From NCBI GenBank assembly GCA_965178125.1, contig OZ237741.1, positions 186,001 through 250,000 on the forward strand: a DNA stretch of 64,000 nucleotides. The letters run 5' to 3'. Both the position numbers and the translations under genes were made by a program. This stretch comes from Bilabrum cf. latius (taxonomy: Eukaryota). The first letter of the stretch is position 1. The number at the start of each line of letters is the position of its first letter. The notes under the pieces were generated by a model. The model was not told the origin of the DNA and ran no database searches. It saw only the letters and a list, made by a program, of their open reading frames with translations. Positions 23,001-34,653 of this stretch are shown one piece after another.

Positions 23001-24695
23001 ATGGCAGCTGTTGGCGGTGCTGCATCTGGTGGCGCTGGTAGTGGGTAGCCATCTGCACCCACTGGCGCTGCTGCGGTTATGACAAAGGCCCAAAAAGCGG
23101 AGGCAAGAGAGCGCGCTGAGCAGCTGGTGCTCCAGTTGCTGTCCACCGATGACAAGGCCAATATTGATACGTATTAGCTTGCAGCTGACAGCTCTAATTC
23201 GTGCTCTAATAAAGATCTAGAGGCTGCTGTAAAATCCTTGGAGCTCGATGGGTATGTGTCCCAAACTGCCAGCTCAGTTCCTGAGTACTTTCTCACCGAA
23301 GCTGGCCAGTAGATCGAGGCAGCTGGCCAGTCTCCTGAAGTTGAACTATATAATTTGGTACCAGTAGGAGAAGAGGGCATCCCAATGAAGGAGCTGAAGG
23401 CAGCCGCAAGCCCACTGGCGTTCAAGTCTTTGAAGGATGCCTAGAAGAAGGGGTTGCTGAAGTCTCGCAAGGGGGTCGTAGTGCGTAACGTTGCTGAGGC
23501 TGACGATCCGATTGTTGGACAGCTGCGTGCAGTCAAAGCCGACAAGTCGCACGAACCAGATGCGAACATCGTGAAGCGCAAGTTTGTCAAGGTAGTGTGA
23601 GGTGCGCCCATCTTCCATGGCTTCAAGTCCGCGCGACACCTGCATGCCATCCCCACCACCACCTCATTGTCCGCTTTCTTTTCTATTTTTCTCCGTGGAA
23701 ACCGCAGCAAGGTGCGCCGGTACGAAGTGACCAGGGGGGGCTCGTACCAGCCCGTGAGGGTCAAGCCCGTGGCCGACCTGACCAAGGAGATGATGGTCTC
23801 GGGAGACTGGGAGAAGGCCACCTTCAAGCCCTACAACTTCGACGCAGAAGGGGTGGAGCCTCGAGGCGGCCACCTGCACACGCTCCTCAAGGTACGCGCC
23901 GAGTTTAGGCGGGTGCTCATGGGCATGGGCTTCAGCGAGATGCCCACCAGCCGATACGTCGAGTCCTCGTTCTGGAACTTTGACGCGCTGTACCAGCCGC
24001 AGTCGCACCCCGCGAGGGACGCCCACGACACGTTCTTCGTGTCTGAGCCCGCGGCCACTCGCGACATCCCCAAGGAGTACATGGAGATTGTGAAGAAGAC
24101 GCATGAGAAGGGCGGGTTCGGGTCGGTTGGGTACGGCTGCGATTGGAAGGAGGAAGAGGCCAGGAAGAACATCCTGAGGACGCACACCACGGCCGTGTCC
24201 GCGCGCATGCTGTACAAGCTGGCCAACCAGGAAGGCGGCTTCAAGCCTGTCAAGTATTTCAGCATCGACAGGGTCTTCAGGAACGAGGCCCTTGATGCCA
24301 CGCACCTTGCCGAGTTCCACCAGGTGGAGGGTGTGGTGGCAGACTACAACCTGGGACTGGCAGATCTCATCGGAACCATCCGCAGCTTCTTCCACCAGAT
24401 CGGCATCACCAAGCTGCGCTTCAAGCCGGCCTACAACCCCTACACGGAGCCTAGCATGGAGATCTTCGGGTACCACCCCGACCTCAAGTCGTGGACGGAG
24501 ATCGGCAACTCGGGCGTGTTCCGACCCGAGATGCTGCGGCCGATGGGGCTGCCCAAGGACGTGCGCGTGATCGCGTGGGGCCTGTCCCTCGAGCGCCCCA
24601 CGATGATCAAGTACAGGGTGAAGAACATCCGCAAGCTGTTCGGGCACAAGGTCAGGATCGGGATGGTTCGCAAGACTCCGCTGGTGCGCTTCTGA
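23001..24695 (+). CDS. FARSA: Cytosolic phenylalanyl-tRNA synthetase alpha subunit
   Basis: [64 protein letters not shown]. Exon 1 (23001-23596) has TAG at 23046, 23175, 23310, 23442. Intron 23597-23707. Ends TGA. Confidence 0.96.
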
Positions 24696-24826
24696 GCGGT
24701 GGCGCTGGCTTATCCATCGCGAGTGGCTTGCTAGGAATTGTGCTCTGTGTCTGAAGTGATTCGCACACATTGCTCCATCTGTGTGCCTGCGACAATTCGC
24801 CTGAAGTGACTGGTACAACGTGCGGC

Positions 24827-27676
24827 TCACTCAGGGGGCTCATCGGCGGCCCCCATCATCTCGCACAGCCTGCACCACTTGCTCTTTGAGCACGCCCTTG
24901 CCACCTCCTGCCTAGCCTTCCTCAGGGGGTCGGACTCGCCGAGGCTGCACACGCCCTGCTGGTCCACCAGCTCCAGCAGTGGGGCCAGCCAGGGCACGCC
25001 GTGCCACTGGCCCTCTCGCGGGTCCTCTAGCTCCTGCATCAGGGACCCTCCTCCGCCCGCAGCCTCGCCCTCCGCAAACAGCAGTGACTTGAGATTGCTT
25101 ACGCAGGCGGCATCAGGCGAGGACAAGCCCGGCCGCACGTGTTTGGTGTCGCTGCACAGAGTCACTGCGTATCGGTGTACCTAGGATGGGTGCAAATCCT
25201 AGGAAGCTATTATCCGTCTCTGTGGATCCTCTGGTTCGGCCAGCCAAGTGGCGCCATTCGGGCCGAGGTGTCCCAGTCGCCAGCCCGCATATCTGGACAG
25301 GAACAGACCCGCGGCAGATCCGTTCCATCGGCCATGAAGCGGTACGGGCTTGCTTTCGTGTGGTTCGATGCTGGCGGCACCACCGCGAGCAGAATGCTTG
25401 GCTGACGACACGGTACCGGCTGTAGCCCCAGCCGTGGGCATGCGCAGGCCCGAGGGCCCAGCCCGGATGCTCTCGATCATGGCACCCAGGGCGCCCTCGG
25501 GATTCCAAGAGCCGCCGCTGCCTGACATATCCCTGTGTCTCTCCATGCTATCTTGCTTTGGATCCCACCACACTGCACCAAGCTCCTGCACGCTCGCGGG
25601 CAGCATGGTGGACGCAGTCGCAGCGGCGCCATGGAACAGAGGCACAGCTCCTGCTGCAACTGCGTCCAGGACCTTCTCACTGACATAGCCCTGCCTCTCG
25701 GCATCTTCAACAGCGCGCTGCATGGACTGCATCGCGGAGTTGCCTTGCAACTTGAAGGTACTGCTCGAGTCCGAGCGAGGCGGGTGTGCCGGGGTGTATC
25801 CGGTCGGAATCGGCTCGAATGCGAAGAGGTGCCTCGCCTGTCGTGCTGCCTGCAGCTTTGAGTCCCACCAAGCATCCGCATTCCTGGATATATCAGCAAG
25901 TCCGTGCAGGGAATGGGCCAGTGCCGCTGTTTGCGGCAGGTTGCTGGCTCGATTCGACCGAATTGCCCCTGCTCCTCCTGCCCTCCTGTCAGTAGCCCTT
26001 GGACACTTCCCGAGGTGCACCATCATGGACGTGGGATCGCTTCCTATCGCTGCTAGCACTGCATCACGACCCGGCCGGCAGTTGGACACCAGGCTGACAG
26101 CGGGAATGGCGCGCATGTGTGGCCTGAAGGGGTCACTCGTTGCGGCTGCCGGCGGCTGCTTCTGTGTGCTGCTGTCCCCGGTGGCACCTGACCGATGAAT
26201 CCACTCATCAGCAGAGGAAAGCTGGCCTACATATTCTACGACCTTAATCAGATTATACGATGCCATGGAACACGCTGAATCGCGTCCATCCGCTGCAAGC
26301 TAGCCTGCACCTGCATTATGGATCTCCTTGATGTAGCCCTCCAGAGCGGCCGTCACAGCGCACGCACCCACCCGCCAAGGCAAGCCTGGCATGGCCTCTG
26401 CAGCAGGCCCCGAGAACCATCGAATCCACTGCAACTTGGTGCGGTTCGAATCCTTCGTGGTGTTGGCGACACTACTGCCGGCTTGCGCGACACCACCTTG
26501 TGCCTGTACCAGTCCTCTGGCACACTGCAAGAAGGCAGCTCTCTCGGCTCGAATGGTTCGCAGCTTCCTGTTTGCGACACCACTGCCGCGGATCCCGTGC
26601 TGTCCTTCGATTGCTGTTGATGACCATCCGTGCTCTCGCACCATCGCGAGCAGCCAGGAGCGAACCGCTTGCCAGTAGAGCTCGGCATGCGAGCGGCGGC
26701 GCAGCGGCGACACGCCGAGGGAGGCCCCGAGCGACCCCAACTCACCGCGCCGGTATCCGGGCCCCGGGTGCGGCGGCAGGGAAACGACAACTGCTGTCAC
26801 ACCAACCAGTCCATTGAATCTTTGCTGCAACTCGCCCCGCATGCGCCTCCAGGCCGGGCACGCTGGTGGCAGCCACAGTCCCGCGCGAGCATCCCCAGAC
26901 AGCTCCACCAGCGCAGGGCCAGCTGGTGGGCTAACATTCGGCTAAACTGCACCGTTGCTGGCCAAAACGTTCGAAGAAGCAGCCCCGCGAGAGCCGTCGC
27001 TGCCGCTGGCGAGCTCGTTCACACGCTCTGCTTCAAGTTGCTGGAGATGATTCGAGCTGCGCTGTACCTAGTTTGAGCCCTGCGCGATGCCCGGTGAGCC
27101 CCACCGGGATCGACGCCATAATCTAGCGGTACTTCTGGCACGATTGAGGTCGCCCTCGGTCAGTAGCACGGCGACCGCGGGAGGCGGAGAATCTCGATCC
27201 ACGAATTTGCGGGCTAAGTCAAAGCCCCGATCCAAGTCTCTGCGATTCAGCTTTCCGGAGTCACCAACAGCAACTATTACCGCAGCTCTATTACTCGTTG
27301 ATATACTCCACGCATCTGGGAGCTTGTTCTGCTAAGATCGGCTCACTAGGCGTAGCGAGCACCTGCTTTGGAGATTGCAAGACTGGATCTCACTTTGGCC
27401 CTCGTGAATCCATTTGGCTCCATGCCCAGCCCCCCAAAACCTGTTAATTAGATACTCGTCGTGTAACAATAAATCGATTTCTCCACGCGACGTCTTTGGA
27501 GGTATGTCAGCAAGCGGGTGCGCTGCTAGCGGCGTATCGCGGCGGGGGATTGCTGTGATGATAGAGCCCTCCCGGAAGCTTGTCATACTCCACAAAAAAG
27601 ATCCTAGTAAGCATGCTATTATGGCCGCTATGACAAGTTGCCTTTTTGGTCTTCTCTTACGGCAACAGCACAACAT
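24827..27676 (-). CDS. Type II membrane glycosyltransferase, GT10 alpha-1,3-fucosyltransferase-like
   Basis: Basic N-terminus plus TM segment (KRQLVIAAIIACLLGSFLW). GT10-like motifs SLVSNC, HLFAFE and GYVSEKVLDAVAAGAVPLFHG. Single frame with TAG at 27332, 27068, 26942, 26300, 25199, 25181. Ends TGA. Confidence 0.72.
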
Positions 27677-27795
27677 GGCTGGTAGCCAGTGTTCAAATGT
27701 TGTTAATCACTTGGGGGGAATTTCGCGGTGGAGGGCCTATGACTCGGTCATTGCGGAAACTATATGAACATGTATATTTGCACCCTTACTGGCGA

Positions 27796-30700
27796 TTAAT
27801 CATCCAGGCCGTCGAGAAATCCATCATCCTCGTACTCATCATCTGCGTCGTCCGGAGCCGCTGGCGCTGGCGACGGTGCAGACGTGGTTGCTGCAGCAGG
27901 TGCCGGTGACGAGGCAAATTCACCCTCGGGGCCCTATCCACCACTTGTACGTCCAGCCACCGGTACCTCCGACGCCGCCGCAGCGCCCCCCGCCGCATGA
28001 CGAGCGGGCCCAGGCCCAGACCCAGACCCAGACCCAAACCCAGACCCAGACCCAGACGCCCTGGATCTATCACCGGCCGTGCTGGCAGCAGCTGCCTCCC
28101 GGGAGCTGCTGGCTGCTGCGCTTGCGCTTGATCTGGCTCCCATGCTCGACTCGATCCCAGGGAACAGCGAAGGGTCTGCCACCCACGGAACGGCACTCCC
28201 TCCGTACAGCCGCTCCCCTCCCGTTCCGATTCCGAATCCTCCACTCGAGGAGGATGGAATCTCCAGATCCGCAGGCCACTCCGCACCCTCGAGGTCGTCG
28301 TCGTCCTCCTCGTCCTAGTCTTCGCCGCCCCCAAGCCCACCCAAGCCAAACCCACCGCCTCGCCCCACAGCGCTCTCTCCCACCTCCTCTCCAATCCCGC
28401 CATCGCCCCCGGCCCCAGTACCAGCACCAGCACCAGCACCAGCACCAACACCAGCTCCTGCTTGCCCCAGCTCCCGCGCAAGCCGCTCTTCGCCGGCCTC
28501 TGCCGTGCCCAGGGCGGGAGGCAGGCGCCAGACCCGGACCCTTCCGGCAGAGTCGCACGATGCGATCAGCTTTCGGTGGGCGTGGCTGAACGCGACACCC
28601 GTCACCCGGGCCTCCTCCGCGCTGTCCGGTTCCGCAACCTTTGCGCGGCGCCGCTTCCCTCTCCGAGACCCTGCCCCATCCTCCTCCTCGTCTCCACCCT
28701 CCCCCTCCCCGTCCCCCTCCCCCTCCACTATCCCCTCCACCACTGCCAGGCTGTGCTCCGCCAGCGCAATCGCTTGCAGCCGAGGTAGCACGTCCACCGC
28801 ATTCCCGCCGAGCTGTGCCCCTGGGGGCGGCACCACGGTCTGTGCCCCCCCGTCTGCCGACACGCTCACGGTACTCCCATCTGCCAGCAGACGGCAGGCG
28901 GCCGCAGAGGGGCCCAGCCCGTACAAATCAAAGACGTGCACGGTGCCTCGCGCGCTGCCGCAGGCAACCACCAGTGGCCTGACCCTGGAAAACCCCACCG
29001 AGGGCACCGCCACCATCCTGCCCGCGCCCTCGGGCTCCAGCTCCACCAGAGCACTCCCGCCCAACACGGTGCTGATGCGGAGCGTCCCGTCCTGGCAGCC
29101 CGTCAGCACCAGTCTGCGGTCGAACGGGGAGGCATCCGATCCCGCAGTGGCGCCTCCGTGGGGCGCCATGGCCGCCTTGATGGGGCTGGGGAACAGATGC
29201 TCGGGGGCAGGGCGGGAGGCCAGCATGAGCGGCAGGGACACGACGTCTGCGCGCTCTGAAGTGGCGAGTCGCTCCGCCGCTTTGACCACCTTGGCCATGG
29301 ATCCTTCGTCCCCCGAGTTGGTCGCAACCCACGCAGCGTCCGCGTCCCACCGCATCCGGGCCCCCGCCCTGGCCTTGAGCACACGTGCCGCTTCCCCATC
29401 CGAGGCATAGGAGCGAGACCCGCGGATCCTAGCGCCCACTCCAGACATGTAGCCCTGTACCATGGCCCCACCCTCGCAGCCCAGCACCAGCGCACCACTA
29501 GGTCCCGTGCCCATCGCGCTGGCGGGCAGAGGGGCCCCCTCACAGGGCAGCGCCACAGTCGACAATCGCAGGGTCAGCTCCTGCCCCGTGTCCCTAACAA
29601 CACCGCCAATGCTCGACGCACCACCGCCGGCTGATCCAATGCCACTGGAGCTGCTGCCGCGGCCCACAGCAGCAGACCCGCCGCCAACGTCCTCGTCCTC
29701 CCCAAAGCCGCCGTCGTCCCCGAAATCGAAGCCGTCCACCTCAGCAGGGACGTCCCCAGCCGACGCGCCTGCCCCTCCCCCGCCCAAAGCGTCCACGTCT
29801 GCCCTTTTAGCACCAATATTCCCGCCTCTTTGCTCCTCCATCAGCGCTTTCCTCCTCCTCCGCTCCGTCCGAGCCACCATGCCCGAGGCGGCGCTCCTCA
29901 GCCCAAGCACAGGGACCTTCATCCCGGGCCCCTGCCGATCCATCGGCCTCCAGAGGTTGATCCTGCCGTCCGCAGACGCAGACAACAAGAGGTACTCCCG
30001 CGTTGAGGCCTCCTGGAACCACCGCAGTGCAATGATCCCGTCCCTATGGAAGTAGTCGTCCAGCTGGCTGCAGCCCACCAGGGCATCCCCAGCCCGCGAC
30101 GTGTCCCACACATACACCTCGCCGCTTCTGCCCCCAGCAGCCACCACCGCCGGCAGCGTAGGGTGCGCGGCCACGCACAGGACGGAGGTTGTTGTCTCGA
30201 GAACAGCGGAGGGTGGCAGCGCGCCCGTCAGCAGCCGCTCGTTGGCCTCTCGACGAGCCCGCATGCCCGCTGTCTCGAGGTCGCGGTCGCGGGCGGCCGG
30301 CCCTGCCTGCAGCTGGCCCAGCCGACCGCTCGATGCCTAGCTGCCATCTAGGGCGCCGCCTGAGCTGGATCTGGCGCTTGTGCTTGTGCGTGCGAATGGC
30401 TCCCAGCACACGACCCCCGCCCTCGTGGAATCGAACCCGGGATCCTCCGTCAGGCCAAAGCCTGCATATAATCTCATGCCAGTGCAGCTCCATGCGATGC
30501 TCGTGGCCGGCAGAACCAGGCACGGGCCCTCCTCCAGCTGGCCTCCCGAGCGAGCGGCCTTGGCCTGCTCCGCCTCGCTCTGGTTTTCCACGTCTAGCGG
30601 TTGCACAAAGGCGTGGGAGAGCGTGTGCAGGCATGCTGCTTGCTCATTATCATTATCAGGCGGCGGCTAAAGCCCTGCGGTGCGATGAAGCGATGGCAGC

Positions 30701-31160
30701 GGGGGAGATCTAAAAGCCCAGCTTGCCTGGAACCAGAACAGCGGATCGCATGCAAAGCAATGCCTCACCGAGAAACGCGACGCTCTTGTCACCGTCTTCC
30801 AAAGCTTTCAGCATAGATGAGCCAGCACGCTGAAATGCATCTACCTCGCTTGCTGAAGGCTTCCAGTGCCCAAAATCTAGATCTGCGAACTCGTCGGCAC
30901 CGTCGTCCAGATCCGCTTGTACCTGCGCAAAAAGCCAGGAGCTTGTATGGCAAAATCTGTACCGCGACCTTGTGGAGCTGGTGCAAAGCATGCCTTTCAC
31001 TCACCCCTACGTCCTACTTGATGTCAGTTTGCATGTCAGCATCTATCGTCTCATACGGCAAGGCATCGACTCCTGTGGATTTTTTCTCAGTTTTTTTCCT
31101 CCAGGTGGATAAAACACTTATATTCTAGCTTGTGGGTACATCATCGAATGCAACCGCCAT
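27796..31160 (-). CDS. WDR34: WD-repeat dynein-2 intermediate chain (WDR34/DYNC2I2-like)
   Basis: SIAWSCTG..LYAGFG, VLCVAAHPTLPAVVAAGGRSGEVYVWD, DDYFHRDGI, SPFDRRLVLT, FSRVRPLVVA. Introns 30923-31004 and 30594-30768. TAG at 31125, 31014, 30337, 28315, 27934. Ends TAA 27796. Confidence 0.82.
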
Positions 31161-31786
31161 GCGAATTGGCAGAAATGCGAACGGTCTTGCTTGAACGGGC
31201 ACTATCGTCACACCACCACTTGCACAGGCGTCGCGTGTTGCAGATCTAGGCCTACGAGAAAGTTTGGTGCCGCTGGTGGGTCCAACGACTGAGGCAGATC
31301 ATGCTTTGGGCCGGTGCAGGACGGGGACAAGCCGCTCACGGCGGTATCTCCACTGGTGTTAGGGTAGAGGCGCGGGGTCGGGGGGCTGACTGCCGCCCGG
31401 GGCACTGCTGGCAGAGAGCTTCAATGCGAGTGGGAGAGAAGGCGGGCCCACTGGTGGCACGATCACGAGTCCGCTACATGCGGGACAGCATTGAGAGCAG
31501 AATGGTACAAACGTAATGGGCTAGCGTTGCCAGTCCCGGGCCTGGACAGAGGGTGCTAGGGCGCTGGCAGCCTGGCAGTGGAGTGGTCATGTCGCGCATG
31601 GGGCCAGGCGGTGGTGGTGGTTGGCGTTGTATCGACCAACTTCTGCAAAGCAACTTTATCCAGCATATGCGAGACGGCTTCGAGTCCAAAGCCGCCGTGT
31701 TAATGTTGCGTGCAAGTATGGAGAATAATCAGACCGTACCACGGCTTGCTGAGGCACCAGCATACTCTCCGGCACTGCACGACAAA

Positions 31787-34365
31787 ATGCGAAAAATACT
31801 TGCTGTAATAGCCGCATTGGCTATATCATCTGCATTAGCAGCCATTGATGCCGCCGATACTCCAAGTTTTTTGGTGAGTGTCCTATGTTCGGCCAAGTAC
31901 GTCCGCGGCGAGGCGCACTACGCCTGAAATTCGCCCGACCGCAACCTCGGCTTTGCGGTCACCTTTTCCCTTACCCCCCCCCTGCTCAGATTGTGCTTGG
32001 AGATGATATTGGTTGGTGAGACTTCCTTCGAGATGATGCCAATCACACTTTGCTCTCGAACGAGGGCTTTTGTCGGTGTATCAGCGGAGCAACCTGCAGC
32101 TGTGGCACGCGGGAGTACGCTGTATTTGACAATCCTCACTTGTTTTGCAGGGCTGACTTCCGGTACAATAACGGTACCGCCGCCACACCCAACATTGATG
32201 CTTGGGCGAATCGCCAGGGCTCCATTATCCTCCAGGATTTTCACTCTGGAGGGACGGTGTGCTCGCCGACGCGTGCAACTGTGCTCACGGGACGCAATCA
32301 CTTTAGAGATTGCGTTGACTTCGTCTATGGTTGTTCCGATATGACCGAGTGCGTGCCGAAATTCGAGTTCGCTCCATAGGACACGTTCACCATCGCGGAT
32401 GCCGCCAGGGCGTCGGGTCTAGGCGTGGAGAGCTTCTTCCAGGGCAAGTAAGATAGAATACACCTTGGCTTGTGCATGGCGCTGCGTCCATTGTCTCTAG
32501 GCCGCGTGCGCGAGGCAAGCTCTCCACCAGCCCACCAGCGCCCGCCCTCTCCTTCCCTCTCCCCCCCCCCCCCCGCACAGGTGGCACTTGGGCTCGTTCT
32601 ACAACGACTCTGAGCTGTACGGGGGCATCACGTCCTCCCCAATCTCGCATGGTTTCGACCACATGAACGCCACTGTGGAGGTGGCGCCCACCGCCACCCT
32701 CAACTACCAGTGCAACGAGGAGTGGAACGAGCATGTGGACTACGGACACTACGGCAAGCCCACCCACTGCAACGGCGGCGCCAACCCCGGTGGTCCCGAC
32801 CTCCCCAAAGGCTGCTGCTTCAACTACTGGTGGAATGACGAACAGGCCGAGCACGGGGTGACAAACCTGACCAGACCCACCCCCATCGACGATTCCGAGT
32901 ACCTCACGGACAGCTTCGAGCGCTTCCTCGAGAAGAGGGACGGGGCCCCCTTCGTGGCGCAGATCTCCTTCCACAACTGCCACATCCCATTCATCGGAAC
33001 CACCCAGGCCAGGGCAGACTGCGCCGCCAACAAGACGTGCAAGCCGCCCGTCGGGGAGCCGTACACGGACACGGAGCTGGACTACTACGCCTGCATCACG
33101 GAGCTGGACGCGGCAGTGGGCAGGGTGCTCAACGCGCTCGAGACGCACGGCTACTACGAGAACACGCTCGTCACCATGACCACCGGTGAGATCGGCCCTG
33201 CGGCAAAGCTTAGAGGATGCTCAAGGCAACACGAATCGTGGTTCACGATGTGGTACCCTGCCCTAGCCCTGTAGCTGACAGTAGCTCCAGCTCTATCTCG
33301 CTTGTCCTACTCATCTATTTCCATTTGAGACCCACAGTGGTCTTAGTGCCGCATTGAACCGATACTATCCAGCGTACCGCCCTTCCTCTTTCCCCATATT
33401 ACGTGCTTTCCATTGCCGTCGCAGATAACGGCCCCGAGAAGAACTGCCCGCCGCTGGGCATCTGCAAGGGCACCGAGCACCGGCCCGAGGAGGGACCCGG
33501 CAGCGCAGGACCCCTGAGGGGCCGCAAGCGCGACATCTACGAGGGCGGGCACCGCGTGAACTCACTGCTTTCCTGGCCCAAGGTGGTCAAGGCCCCCGCC
33601 GGCACCGAGTCGTGGGACCTGCTCGTGTCCATGGACATCATGGCCACGCTCATGGAGGTGTACGGAGTAGAGCGGCCCAAGGAGCAGAGGCACTGGGCCT
33701 TTGACGGTGTCAGTATGATGCCGCTGCTCACCGGGCAGGGTATGCCGCCCAACCGCACCGTGGGCTGGATGTTCGACACGGCGACGATCGACCCGGTGCA
33801 CGGCTACGGCCTGCGCAAGGGCGACTGGAAGCTCGTGGTGGGGTCCAAGAGCTGCACGCAGGACGTGTGCAGGCAGCCGCAGCTGTACAACCTGGCGGAG
33901 GACCTGGGCGAGAGGAACGATCTGTCCAAGCAGATGCCCGAGATGCTGCAGGAGCTCATGGGGGAGTTTTAGACGTGGCACGCGTCCATCATCAACTCGA
34001 TGCAGAACGAGTCCATGTGCAGCGGCAGCCCATCTCCGGGACCCGGACCCGAGCCCTCGCCCTACGCACCTAGCAGCGCGTGCGAATGGAGGAATAGCAC
34101 TGGGCTGACCGGCAAGAGCATGGTCAGCTACCTCGTAAGCACCCAGGAGGAGTGCTGCGGCGCATGCAGTGCCACTGAGGGCTGCGCGGCCGCTGACTTC
34201 ACCTCGATGGGCCAGGCTGTGGTCAAGACGGAGAAGCAGGGGAGCACGAACGTCCAGGTGAATGTGAGGGCCCCTGAGGGGCAGCGGTACTGCCATCTTA
34301 AGAAGGACCTTGTGTTCGCGCCGAGGGCTGACGGCTCCATCGCGTGTGTGCCTTCGAAGCAGTGA
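31787..34365 (+). CDS. Secreted arylsulfatase-family sulfatase with C-terminal PAN/apple-like Cys module
   Basis: Signal peptide, DDIGW, CSPTRATVLTGR (formylglycine motif), GKWHLG, DNG, PLRGRK...YEGGHRV, LYNLAEDLGER. Exons 31787-31873, 31990-32015, 32151-32447, 32581-33185, 33425-34365. TAG at 32377 and 33970. Ends TGA. Confidence 0.92.
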
Positions 34366-34653
34366 AGGGTGTGCCATGAGCAGTGAATGGCAGATACATC
34401 GACGAGGACTGATCGGGATGTGGGTGGAGAAGGCAGAGCTGCTGCGACTAGCTACAATCCAAGGATGGACCACTGGCGCTGCAAATTGGCAGCATTGGGC
34501 GACTTGGCCCCGCGGTGACCTTCTTTGGGCCGGAACTTGAGTACCTCCGCCGATACGGCAACTGCAGGGGTCTTTGTGCGCTTGCAATCCAACTTCATGC
34601 GGATGTGCTCAAAGATGAGTGTGCCAGAAATAACAACAAATCGAGGCACGGGC

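Noticed and set aside
31208-31786. Short ORFs between WDR34 and the sulfatase
   Set aside because: No domain signal. Best explained as divergent intergenic sequence.
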